Program-made: the position numbers and the translations under genes
Virus record (IMG/VR): IMGVR_UViG_3300001919_000035
Location: 1 to 64,000 of that record
DNA length: 64,000 nucleotides
Source of the DNA: a virus
Taxonomy: Duplodnaviria; Caudoviricetes
Direction: 5' to 3' (one strand)
Shown here: positions 26,930 to 36,344 of the stretch, in pieces
How positions within the stretch are numbered: the first letter of the stretch is position 1
Layout: the number at the start of each line of letters is the position of its first letter
The notes under the pieces: generated by a model
The model's database searches: none
Seen by the model: only the letters and a program-made list of their open reading frames with translations
Told to the model about the DNA's origin: nothing

Positions 26930-29200
26930 CGCTCTAAAAGAATGGCGTCAGGTCAAACGAGTATATACCTGTAATAAGATGATATACCGTGGTATTGTAG
27001 CTGTACACGTTAAAAGCAATAAGACAGCGTATATTTTATTTCGATAAGTCTGATCAACTTATGGTATAATATAGACAAAAGATACAGGATAGGAGAATAT
27101 GATAACAGCTACCACTGTGATTCAAAAGGTACTATGATAACTTACTATAGAGTTTTATCTTTTTACTCTAGAAAAAGTAGTAAGATAGTAGGCAAGCGTG
27201 CAATCCTACCTGCAATATATTGAGAACCGATTGGTGAATATATTAGTACAGAAAAGACGCGATCTAGCTCAAGAAGAGACGAAGACAAACAATGCATGGA
27301 GTAAACCTAAGTAGGAAGATATTAGCAACATCAACTGAAATCTCCATAAGAATCCGTAGGTACAATCATGTACGGCATCAAATAAGGACGAAAAAGGTTT
27401 AACTTATATTATATCCAAAGTAATATAAGGCTGATAAAAAAGAACTGACTAACGTTCTCGATGGGTCCAAACTATCGTTAAAAATAGCTACTCTAGTGTT
27501 CCATACTACAGTTATTACTGCTTTGTATTACAGTAATAAGGATCTAGACAACATGACATCTGGCTAAGTCATGGAAGTATGTTTGAAAAGAGTGTTTAAC
27601 TACCAAGAAATTAATAGACGATAACTGAAAGCTGAGTGGCTATGTCCCATTAATTAACTAAAAGAGGTAACGGACTTTTATAAATTAATGACAGGTTATC
27701 CGGAGCAGGAGCCAATCCTGTGCTTGAGAGAGCTTATTAAAATGTTCATCTAGCCTTGCAACCTAGATTAAATAGTTTTAGTAAGGGGGTACTCCAGGTG
27801 CTGGGTTAAAGTCTATATAGGAGTGATTACTATGTCTTCTAAGATTCGTTCCAGAGGATTAAGAAAAGTACGGTATTAAACAAAAGTGACCGAGTTTTGT
27901 GTTTGCAATACATTAGTATTGAAGAGTTATGTCACTATAAGTCATGGAAACAAACACACGGAAGTAAAAGCGCCGAAAAGACTACTACAAACTATTGAGA
28001 TATTGTAGCGAAATATAAGAGTACGAATAAATGGAATTCTACCGCCAAAGAAACAAAGGTGTAGTAAATTTAGTTTAAGCTTTCTTTGATAGATATAACG
28101 AAAGTGGGGCTAGGAAATAGTCAATGGGTTAAATTCAAGGCTTACCAACAATAAGTGCTACTGAACTTACCATGGTTTATCACTGACCCGAGAGTTAACG
28201 AGACTCTTAAACAAAAGCGTTAATTAACATGTCTAACTTACGTAGGCCAAAAAGCCGAATAAATATAATCTGTGGAAGTCCTCGCTAGGGAAACTGACTG
28301 CGACCACAGCTTGGCGAATGCGATTGCTTAGTAGTATCAGAGTATAATGCGCAACATTATATGTTCGAGAGAAAGCGTCTCATTGAAGCTTATAGACCTT
28401 TAAGAGTGAACTGAATAAGGAAACATTACTTATAGACCTGTCATAAGCAAGAGTAAGTGAGAAAAGGTGAAAGTCCTTAATCTTCAACCAAGTAAAATAA
28501 ACAAAATCCTAGTCATGGTTACGTTGGCATCCCTGTACTTAGTAATAAGTATTATATGGCGTAAGAGGTAGGTATTAGTGAATAACTATATGAAACCTAT
28601 AAGTTGTTAAAAGCAACAAATACAACGATGGAAATTCCGTTTGTAACCTTGCAGTTGGTAACGTTTCTGTATAAAACGACCGGACATAACTACTTGCCCG
28701 ATAGACAGTATAAAATCATTAGTAAAGATCTAACGTGATTTAAGTAGGTCAATCTGCTTAATATCTACTATATTAGTAAGAGTTGCAAACTACGTTCTCT
28801 TTATTAGTTAGTCCTGAGAAACCAGGAAACCTAGGTGATTTATACGGATCTTCTATAATAGAGATTATAGAATATGGAATACAACATTAAACCAGTACTA
28901 TGCCCATCGATGGGTCTCATTAGCCCTGGTCACAATGCGGTAGATAGTTCCAAAATGAAGAGGAAGTTAATAATAGTTATCTAGTAAACTTAAGATCCTG
29001 TCTCGATCGAAAAGGAGTCTATATAGTCAGTAGACATAATAGCAAGAACAATAGATATTATTAAAACAATCTTAATATAGCAAGTTTAACGCTTACTTCT
29101 GAGCTTTGCATTGAATTGCATACGACCGTGGTTTTAACCTACCTGATATAAGATGATGGTAAATCGTACAGAAACAAGTATAGAAGGAGCATTATTTTTT
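26930..29200 (+). ncRNA. Candidate very large structured non-coding RNA locus (~2.3 kb)
   Basis: No ORF of 60 aa or more on either strand in the track; many perfect 6-9 bp hairpins and nested helices. Strand assumed from context. Confidence 0.5.
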
Positions 29201-29241
29201 ATTTTATTAATTTTATTAACAATTAAAACTTATCAAAAGAA

Positions 29242-29799
29242 ATGGCAACAATTAAATATGACAGAAAGGTAGCATCACAGCTTGGTGCATTGTTAGGTAT
29301 GAATCTTATTATGATCGAACGGAAAAATGTTGATCCAGATTACTCTAACAAAGAAAGAGATGGTAAACAGCGGTTGGCTAACGAAATTTATATATACGGT
29401 ATCCGGCGCATACGAATTAAACAAGCTAATTTGGTTGACCTTGAAGAAGGTAAACAGATTGTACAGTTCAATGAAGATCCGAAGTTGCAGCTGGAATTAG
29501 CTGATGCTAAAGATATCAGTGATATCATTAAGAAACCGACTGTACAGGAAATCATTACAGCTATCTCAAGTAATGCTGTAGGTCTGCCTAAATATTTTGT
29601 CGATGATGTGACATGTACTGAATTGGTTTGTTCATTCAACCAACGCTCTCGGAAAGAGATCAGTAACATGATGGAGTACCTGTCTAAGCAGGCTTCTTGT
29701 CTGGATGATGCAAATCGTATCATGCAGGATGCATGTAGAGCAGAAATGGCTACACTTGGCCAGTCTGTAGATTTTAAACCCATTAACTTAGGAGACTAA
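29242..29799 (+). CDS. Hypothetical protein
   Basis: 185-aa ORF. Confidence 0.8.
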   Translation: MATIKYDRKVASQLGALLGMNLIMIERKNVDPDYSNKERDGKQRLANEIYIYGIRRIRIKQANLVDLEEGKQIVQFNEDPKLQLELADAKDISDIIKKPTVQEIITAISSNAVGLPKYFVDDVTCTELVCSFNQRSRKEISNMMEYLSKQASCLDDANRIMQDACRAEMATLGQSVDFKPINLGD

Positions 29800-29801
29800 G
29801 C

Positions 29802-30314
29802 ATGACTGAACTCAACAAGTCTTCGAAACTAAATTTAGAGCGAATACTTGCAGATGAGGATATACGTAATTCATTACTTTATAACGGTAAAAAGCCAAAA
29901 ACTTTTAGTTTAGGCGACGACGGCTCTCTTACTTTAGGAGAAACTGGTTTAGGATGGTGGAACCGGTTTATAGGCTGTCAAAAAGTATTAAGTTTTATTG
30001 AACTTGTTACTCACCTTATCAATTTTATGGCAGGTGGAAAAAATCGTAATGATATTGCTTTAGATGGCATGTATCAAGATTTCATTAACTTTACATTGAA
30101 AATGGAAGATAAGAACAGGATGGTAGATATCTTATTGACCTCTTATTTGTATGGTTATAAAGAAATACAGAAGGCGGGTGGTACACCTTCTTCAAAAACA
30201 TTAGTACAAGCTATTCAAACTGAAAATATTCGCGAACTTGATGGCGTCGCGCTTTTAACAGCAGATGGCCCTGTGATCTTAAGAAAAGATATTACTTTTC
30301 AACGTATTCGTTAA
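29802..30314 (+). CDS. Hypothetical protein
   Basis: 170-aa ORF. Confidence 0.8.
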   Translation: MTELNKSSKLNLERILADEDIRNSLLYNGKKPKTFSLGDDGSLTLGETGLGWWNRFIGCQKVLSFIELVTHLINFMAGGKNRNDIALDGMYQDFINFTLKMEDKNRMVDILLTSYLYGYKEIQKAGGTPSSKTLVQAIQTENIRELDGVALLTADGPVILRKDITFQRIR

Positions 30315-30588
30315 ATAGGTTATTTTAAGTTGTTTTGAACTAGGAAGGTATAATAACAATAATAAATAAGTTATTTAATTATAAAAAACATAATATAAAG
30401 ACTTAGGAAGGTTAGTCTTTATAATGGCTGTGATACGGTATCTGTAGTGGATACTAAGTGACGGAAAGCTCTGAGAATAAGAAGGAGATGTCATATCGAG
30501 ATGAACACAGCCTCTCGTTTCTATATATATTGGACGCATTATCAAAATGTTTCTCCGTATAAATTATTAACTAAAAAATTAAATTTAT

Positions 30589-31905
30589 ATGGTAAAAACT
30601 TTCGAAAACTTAGCAGAATATGCCAAAAAATTGCTTATCGAAAATAATGAAGGTATAAAACAGGAAGATATTATTGTTACTATGTATAGTGATATTGATG
30701 ATATCTTTAAAGCTATTACACAATCAGGCATAGGTTATATTGACACATACGGTGATAAAGAAATACCATTAGTACGGTATAACATTACTAAAGATTATGA
30801 TGCTATACGAGAAGATAAGAAAGTTCAGATGGACAAAAAAGACTTATCTTCATGTTGTCAGGGTATCAAAGCTTTTCACTGTGATGGTAAAACTTTCTTT
30901 CAATTGAAACTTATTAACGAAAGTGAAGTAGAAGAAAATTGTTATTCAGTATATGTCTTTACTGAAGACATATATAATACTGTAGCTAAATATGCAGCAG
31001 AAGTAGACGTTGTAAAAGAAACAAACGTACCAAAGAATGGTGTGTATAAGGCTCAGTTAAAGAAAACAATGTTCGGTTCTTTTATGGAATATGAAGAAGT
31101 AAAAGATATTCAGAGCAATCCGGCTATACATCAGTGTAAGGAAGAATTGATGAAGAATACTGAGTTCTTCTTTGATAATATTTCTTTGTTCTCTAAATTC
31201 AATCAGAAACCGTTACGTAAATTCTTGTTGTGTGGAGAACCTGGTACAGGAAAGACTTCTATTTGTTATGATGTAGCTAAGAAATACTCTCATGAAATTC
31301 CGGTTGTATTTGTAACCGAATTTGAAGATATGGCAGCGCATATTGCCGCTTGTGGTGAAATAAACCGTCGAACTATCGTAATCTTTGAAGATTGTGAAGC
31401 TAGTTTACGTTTCTCTGGAGGAAACTCTAAGATTCTAAACTTTTTGGATGGTATTGATCGACCGAATATTGAAGATGGTGCAATCGTTATGATGACAACA
31501 AATCATCCAGAACGAATTGAAGCACGTATTACAAAGCGTCCGGGTCGAATTGATAAAATATTCTACGTAGATGCATTACAAGGAAAGTATGCATATGACG
31601 TATTCAACCTGTATTTTGGAGAATTTATGAAAGAAAACAACTTTGATGCAACAACAGATACTGCTAAAGAAGCTATTGAAATTATTGCATCTGGAATGAC
31701 TGGAGCTCAGGTTAAAGAGCTGTTTAACAGTTATGTATGTTATATGGTATCTGAAAATAAAAAGTTTAGTCTTACTGATGTACATGAAGTGAAAGTAGAA
31801 CTATTCAAAGCATTTAAAGATATCGATAGTACTTATTCTTCATTAGATAATAATTCTTTTGATGAATTAAGTGTTAAACTTTCTAAAGTACTAAGTCGAA
31901 ATTAA
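30589..31905 (+). CDS. AAA+ ATPase (classical clade, BCS1/FtsH-like module)
   Basis: GEPGTGKT Walker A, VIFEDCE Walker B, LNFLDG, MTTNHPERIE..RPGRID second region of homology. Confidence 0.9.
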   Translation: MVKTFENLAEYAKKLLIENNEGIKQEDIIVTMYSDIDDIFKAITQSGIGYIDTYGDKEIPLVRYNITKDYDAIREDKKVQMDKKDLSSCCQGIKAFHCDGKTFFQLKLINESEVEENCYSVYVFTEDIYNTVAKYAAEVDVVKETNVPKNGVYKAQLKKTMFGSFMEYEEVKDIQSNPAIHQCKEELMKNTEFFFDNISLFSKFNQKPLRKFLLCGEPGTGKTSICYDVAKKYSHEIPVVFVTEFEDMAAHIAACGEINRRTIVIFEDCEASLRFSGGNSKILNFLDGIDRPNIEDGAIVMMTTNHPERIEARITKRPGRIDKIFYVDALQGKYAYDVFNLYFGEFMKENNFDATTDTAKEAIEIIASGMTGAQVKELFNSYVCYMVSENKKFSLTDVHEVKVELFKAFKDIDSTYSSLDNNSFDELSVKLSKVLSRN

Positions 31906-31989
31906 GGTTATGGGGCATTGAATTGCCCCATAGTCACACTGGGAGTTGATGCGAAATCGTAGTATTAATCATAAAAAATCAAAATTAAT

Positions 31990-32523
31990 ATGACAACAGC
32001 ATCAGCAAATAATATCATTGATAAACGTGATAATCTTTCTACAGAAATAACTCGTGGTTGGAACATTATAAAGTCAGAAAATGTAGTATTTCGTGGTTAT
32101 AAGCGAAATTATGACATGAAAAAGCAGCTTGAAAACATTATAGATATGTGTAAAGAGCGTATCGAAGTAAAGTTGCAGATTATGGCTATTAACTTAGGTT
32201 TAGATGATGTAAATGATCTGCCTAAAGATAATATCTATCCTTCAATTCTTGAATTAAGTGAATTGAAAGAAATAGATCGCCATTTAGGCTATGTTCCTAC
32301 TCTAGACCCTGCTATAGTTAAAAAGTATGGCAAGAAAAAGATGAAGAAAACAGAAGTATTAACACGAGGTTTCATTTCAAACCTGCGCGGTAATTTAAAT
32401 ATTCGTATTAATGCTCTTAATAAAGAGCTTAAAGATTATAATGACAATCATTCGCTGAAGAATACTCAGCGTAAGAATGCTAAAGTAATCGATATGAGTT
32501 TCAAAGATAAAGCTGCAGCATAA
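31990..32523 (+). CDS. Hypothetical protein ending in KAAA
   Basis: 177-aa ORF. Confidence 0.8.
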   Translation: MTTASANNIIDKRDNLSTEITRGWNIIKSENVVFRGYKRNYDMKKQLENIIDMCKERIEVKLQIMAINLGLDDVNDLPKDNIYPSILELSELKEIDRHLGYVPTLDPAIVKKYGKKKMKKTEVLTRGFISNLRGNLNIRINALNKELKDYNDNHSLKNTQRKNAKVIDMSFKDKAAA

Positions 32524-32533
32524 AAAATAGGTA

Positions 32534-32605
32534 GTGTGTATAATTCAACTGGAAGAAATGATTCTTACGAGACTCTATATACAGGTTCGAGTCCTGTTAC
32601 ACACA
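32534..32605 (+). tRNA. tRNA with a poorly paired anticodon arm (Val-TAC or Arg-ACG register ambiguous; possibly degenerate)
   Basis: GTGTGTA/TACACAC acceptor, D loop with GG, ACAGG-TTCGAGT-CCTGT. Confidence 0.6.
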
Positions 32606-32657
32606 CAAATCCGTTACATAAACATTTTACAAAATTATCAAAATTAAAAGTAAAGTC

Positions 32658-33506
32658 ATGAAAACTATATTCAACCAAGAAAAAAGAGAAGAACTAGCTA
32701 AAAAAGCTAAAGAAGAGGGCGTTACATTGAAAGAAATGATACGTCGTACTCGAGACGAAGAAAGAAGTGTTAAAAAGGCTTCTAAGTTATCTAATCAGAA
32801 AAGATTAGCAGTGTTCAAAAAGCATCACTTAGATGCTGAACGAGAGCTTGTAAAGAAACACGAAAGTGCAGAAGTTCGTTTTGAGAAGATTATCAACGAT
32901 AAAATCTTAGCACTTAATCAGTTTGCTAAGCAAAAAGGCTTAAGTAAAGAGGATTCTCAATATCAGGAAGCTAAGAAATTGATTGAAAATCACGATAAGC
33001 GAGAGAAAATGCTCGCAGAACGCAGAGCAAATCGTAAAGCAAAGAGAGAAAACAATGCAGCTAAAGTAAGTAAAGAGGCTGAGGCTGCATTGAAACATTT
33101 TCTCAAATCTGAAGCTAAGCGAAAAGCAAAGCAGGAGGAGAAACGTTCAAAGTATGCCGGTAAAAAAGTGAAGGTCGCTCCTCGTCCTATAGAAGGACAA
33201 AATACAAGAGCTACCGATTTGAAGAAGTACTATATAGTGTATGAAAGATTCAGTGATGATCGCTCTCAGCAATTTGACTCGGAGCCAATAGTTATTAACT
33301 GTTCTTCCACTAAATTGCACAAAAGATTAGCCGAGTTTCACAAGAAACACGCTGAGCAATTTGGAGATAACTATATAGGAACTTATGTATATAATGAAGA
33401 AACTTGCAATCATTGTATACTTGAGTCTATTAACTCGAAATATTACAATATTGACGGTTATTTGACAAGTCGCATAGCTGCTCAAAGGGCAGCTGCAGCT
33501 GCATAA
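32658..33506 (+). CDS. Basic coiled-coil protein ending in AAAAA
   Basis: 282 aa, K/R/E-rich N-terminal two thirds. Confidence 0.8.
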   Translation: MKTIFNQEKREELAKKAKEEGVTLKEMIRRTRDEERSVKKASKLSNQKRLAVFKKHHLDAERELVKKHESAEVRFEKIINDKILALNQFAKQKGLSKEDSQYQEAKKLIENHDKREKMLAERRANRKAKRENNAAKVSKEAEAALKHFLKSEAKRKAKQEEKRSKYAGKKVKVAPRPIEGQNTRATDLKKYYIVYERFSDDRSQQFDSEPIVINCSSTKLHKRLAEFHKKHAEQFGDNYIGTYVYNEETCNHCILESINSKYYNIDGYLTSRIAAQRAAAAA

Positions 33507-33540
33507 GCAAGTACAGGGGTGCGTCTGTAACGCACAACAC

Positions 33541-33612
33541 AGCGGGATGGCGCAATGGCAGCGCGTCGGTTTCACGAGCCGGAGGTTGATAGTTCGAATC
33601 TGTCTCCCGCAA
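33541..33612 (+). tRNA. tRNA with CAC anticodon (Val) on an initiator-like body
   Basis: Full cloverleaf: A-GCGGGA/TCCCGC-A (1:72 mismatch), GCGC/GCGC, TCGGT-TTCACGA-GCCGG, GATAG-TTCGAAT-CTGTC. Confidence 0.85.
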
Positions 33613-33614
33613 CG

Positions 33615-33647
33615 GTCAGAAGCATAGAGGTTCGATTCCTCTTGGCA
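33615..33647 (+). ncRNA. T-arm/minihelix-like remnant
   Basis: AGAGG-TTCGATT-CCTCT plus a 4-bp GTCA/TGGC stem. Confidence 0.45.
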
Positions 33648-33649
33648 AA

Positions 33650-33747
33650 GGATAACTAATAAGCTTGATAAACTTATACATGGAACTATATGACTGAATT
33701 TGTACGGTAGATGCACATATAGGGTTGTTCGATTCAACAGTTATCCA
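33650..33747 (+). ncRNA. Expanded tRNA-like element
   Basis: GGATAAC/GTTATCC acceptor, ATAAG/CTTAT hairpin, CTATATG/CATATAG stem with a ~23-nt loop, GTTG-TTCGATT-CAAC. Confidence 0.6.
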
Positions 33748-33764
33748 CTATAATAACCACAGCT

Positions 33765-35714
33765 ATGAAAATTAGAAACAAACCAGTATTAGTATACGAT
33801 ATTGAGGTATTTCAAAACATATTTCATTGTGCAGTGAAGAACACTGAGACAAATGAAATACACAAATTTGAAATTTCTAAACGTAAAAATCAACTATCTG
33901 AATTAGTTTCTTTCTTTCAACAATTTGATAACAGGGAAGGCTCATGGAATGAGTCCTATACCACAGATTATCAATTTGATACAAAAGTAATATTTGCAGG
34001 ATATAATAATATTCATTTTGATAATCCTATAGTAAACTATATGATAGATTACTATTACAGGTTATCTAAATTATCTTACGATAAAGTTTGTGAAAGCTTA
34101 TATAACATGAGTAAGATAATAATAACTAGTAAGGATGGTCAAGAAGATCAATGGAAGAAGTGGAAATATCAACAATGGTTTGAATCATTTGATATTCTTA
34201 CTATGCTTTATTCTACTCAACTTAGAGTAGGATTAAAGGAAATGCAAGTAACTATGCAATATCCAAATGTACAAGAATTTGTATATGATTGGAGTAAACC
34301 TTTACCAGAAGATCTATTTGAAGAAATGATTCAGTATAATATAAATGATATTGAATCTACTGCAGAATTATTAGAAAGATGCAAAAAAGAAGTTGATTTA
34401 CGAATAGCAATTGAAGATGAATATGGTGTAAGAGTCCTAAGTAAAGATGGCGTTAATATTGGCATGAAAATTATTACCCAGAAATATCTTGAAAAGACTC
34501 ATCAAACATGGTGGCAAATACGTGATTTACGTTCTCCAATGAATATGATTCCATTGAAAGATGTAATATTACCGTTTATTAAGTATAAATCTCCTATTTT
34601 AAATAAAATGCTTGAAGAAATGAAACAACAAATAGTTTCTCCAGGTAGAAAAGGATATGAGTATAAATTTATATTTAATAATTTACGCTACTCTGTAGGA
34701 GTTGGTGGAATACACTCTGTCAATGATCCTGAAATAATTATACCAAAAGAAGATGAAATGCTTATAGATATAGACGTTGCTTCTCTATATCCAAGTATGC
34801 TAATACAATACAAGTTTTATCCTAAACATTTAGGACCAGAGTTTCTTGAAGTTTATTCTCAAATTAGAGAAGAACGTTTAGAAGCAAAAAGAAACGGGAA
34901 CAAAGTAAAAAATGAAACTTTGAAACTTGCGTTAAATGGTTTAAGTGGTAATTTACAAAATGAACATAATTTTTGTTATAGTCCATTTGCAGTAATGCAA
35001 ATTAGGATTAACGGGCAACTATTGTTACTTATGTTAGCTGAATCTCTATCAGAATTAGGATGTAGAATAGTACAGGCTAATACTGATGGTTTATTTGTCT
35101 TACTTAAGAAAGATAAGTATAAACAAGTAAAAGAAGTTTGTACTTCTTGGGAACAACTAACAAAACTTGAGCTTGAAGAAGAACGTTTTGAAGCTATGTA
35201 TCAATTTGCAATCAATGATTATATTGCAATTAAAGAAGGATACAAAGAAACTAAAGACGATAACCTTATTAAGAAAAAAGGTATGTTTATTACAGATGTA
35301 TTACTAGGAAAAGGTCTTAATCCAAAAATTATACCTGAAGCAGTAATAAGATATTTTGCTGATGGAATTCCAGTAAAAGATACTATAAACAACTGTAAAG
35401 ATATACGTAAATTCTTACAAGCTGAAAAAACTGGTAAACAATGGACTGTAGAATATAACAATAAAGTACAGCAAAGAATCAATAGATTTTATGTTAGTAC
35501 AGATGGTTTATATTTATGGAAGTGGAAAGAAAATAATGGTATAAAAGAATATCAGAATATGCTTAAAGGTTATGGAGTAACAATTCATAATAAACTAACT
35601 CCAGATAAACCAATTGAAGAGTATAATATTAATTATGCTTACTACATACTACAGGCAACAAAGATTATTAATCAGTTGAAACCACAACAGTTAAGTCTAT
35701 GGGACTTCTCATAA
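33765..35714 (+). CDS. Family B DNA polymerase
   Basis: Exo I YDIE, Exo II GYNNIHFD, motif A DVASLYPS, motif B KLALNGLSG, motif C NTDG. Confidence 0.93.
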   Translation: MKIRNKPVLVYDIEVFQNIFHCAVKNTETNEIHKFEISKRKNQLSELVSFFQQFDNREGSWNESYTTDYQFDTKVIFAGYNNIHFDNPIVNYMIDYYYRLSKLSYDKVCESLYNMSKIIITSKDGQEDQWKKWKYQQWFESFDILTMLYSTQLRVGLKEMQVTMQYPNVQEFVYDWSKPLPEDLFEEMIQYNINDIESTAELLERCKKEVDLRIAIEDEYGVRVLSKDGVNIGMKIITQKYLEKTHQTWWQIRDLRSPMNMIPLKDVILPFIKYKSPILNKMLEEMKQQIVSPGRKGYEYKFIFNNLRYSVGVGGIHSVNDPEIIIPKEDEMLIDIDVASLYPSMLIQYKFYPKHLGPEFLEVYSQIREERLEAKRNGNKVKNETLKLALNGLSGNLQNEHNFCYSPFAVMQIRINGQLLLLMLAESLSELGCRIVQANTDGLFVLLKKDKYKQVKEVCTSWEQLTKLELEEERFEAMYQFAINDYIAIKEGYKETKDDNLIKKKGMFITDVLLGKGLNPKIIPEAVIRYFADGIPVKDTINNCKDIRKFLQAEKTGKQWTVEYNNKVQQRINRFYVSTDGLYLWKWKENNGIKEYQNMLKGYGVTIHNKLTPDKPIEEYNINYAYYILQATKIINQLKPQQLSLWDFS

Positions 35715-35774
35715 ATTAACAAAGACTTTCAGAATCTAAAATCATAGACTTCCTTTTAACGAAAGAGAGAAGAT

Positions 35775-36344
35775 ATGGTATTAGAACTAAATACAGAATT
35801 GCTTGATAAAATCAAGCCGTTAACTATTAATCAGTTAGTATTTTTAAATCTTGTATTAGACGGAAATCAAAAAAATATCAATGACGTCTTGCTACTCATC
35901 AGTCTGGTAAGCGAGGCAGAAATACAAGATTTAATTGATCGAGACTTCATAATAAAAGAAACCGAGCTAGGCTCAGTAACTTATAGCCCTAGTAACGGAC
36001 TTTTGGAACTTGTCAAAAGAAAGGTTACTATGTTTGATGAGTTTTATGAAGCATATCCGCAAGTTGTCATTCGACCAGATGGTACTAAAAGCTTTTTAAG
36101 AGCAAATAAGAACAATTGTCGTAGAAGATATAATTCAATAGTAGGAAAGAGTACAGCAGCACACCAACATCTCATGGAATGCTTGAAATTTCAATTGAAT
36201 GAATATGCTATGACTGGTCGTATGGGTTATATGAAAACAATGTGGAAATGGCTTACCCAATGTGAATGGGAAGCACTCGACGAGCAAATGAAAGAAAGTG
36301 TTGAATCTGAAAAAGTGAATACTTATGGAACAACACTTATGTAA
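35775..36344 (+). CDS. Putative replication initiation/helicase-loader-like protein
   Basis: HTH-like N-terminus and FDEFYEAYP motif; lies between polB and the helicase. Confidence 0.55.
   Translation: MVLELNTELLDKIKPLTINQLVFLNLVLDGNQKNINDVLLLISLVSEAEIQDLIDRDFIIKETELGSVTYSPSNGLLELVKRKVTMFDEFYEAYPQVVIRPDGTKSFLRANKNNCRRRYNSIVGKSTAAHQHLMECLKFQLNEYAMTGRMGYMKTMWKWLTQCEWEALDEQMKESVESEKVNTYGTTLM

Noticed and set aside
27975-29030. Group I intron core in the 2.3-kb region (GACTA near 27981 and TAGTC near 29024 could form P7); group II intron suggested by GGTGAAAGTCC
   Set aside because: No interrupted flanking gene, no recognisable P3/P4/P6 set or group II domain V, and no intron-encoded ORF; these short matches are expected by chance
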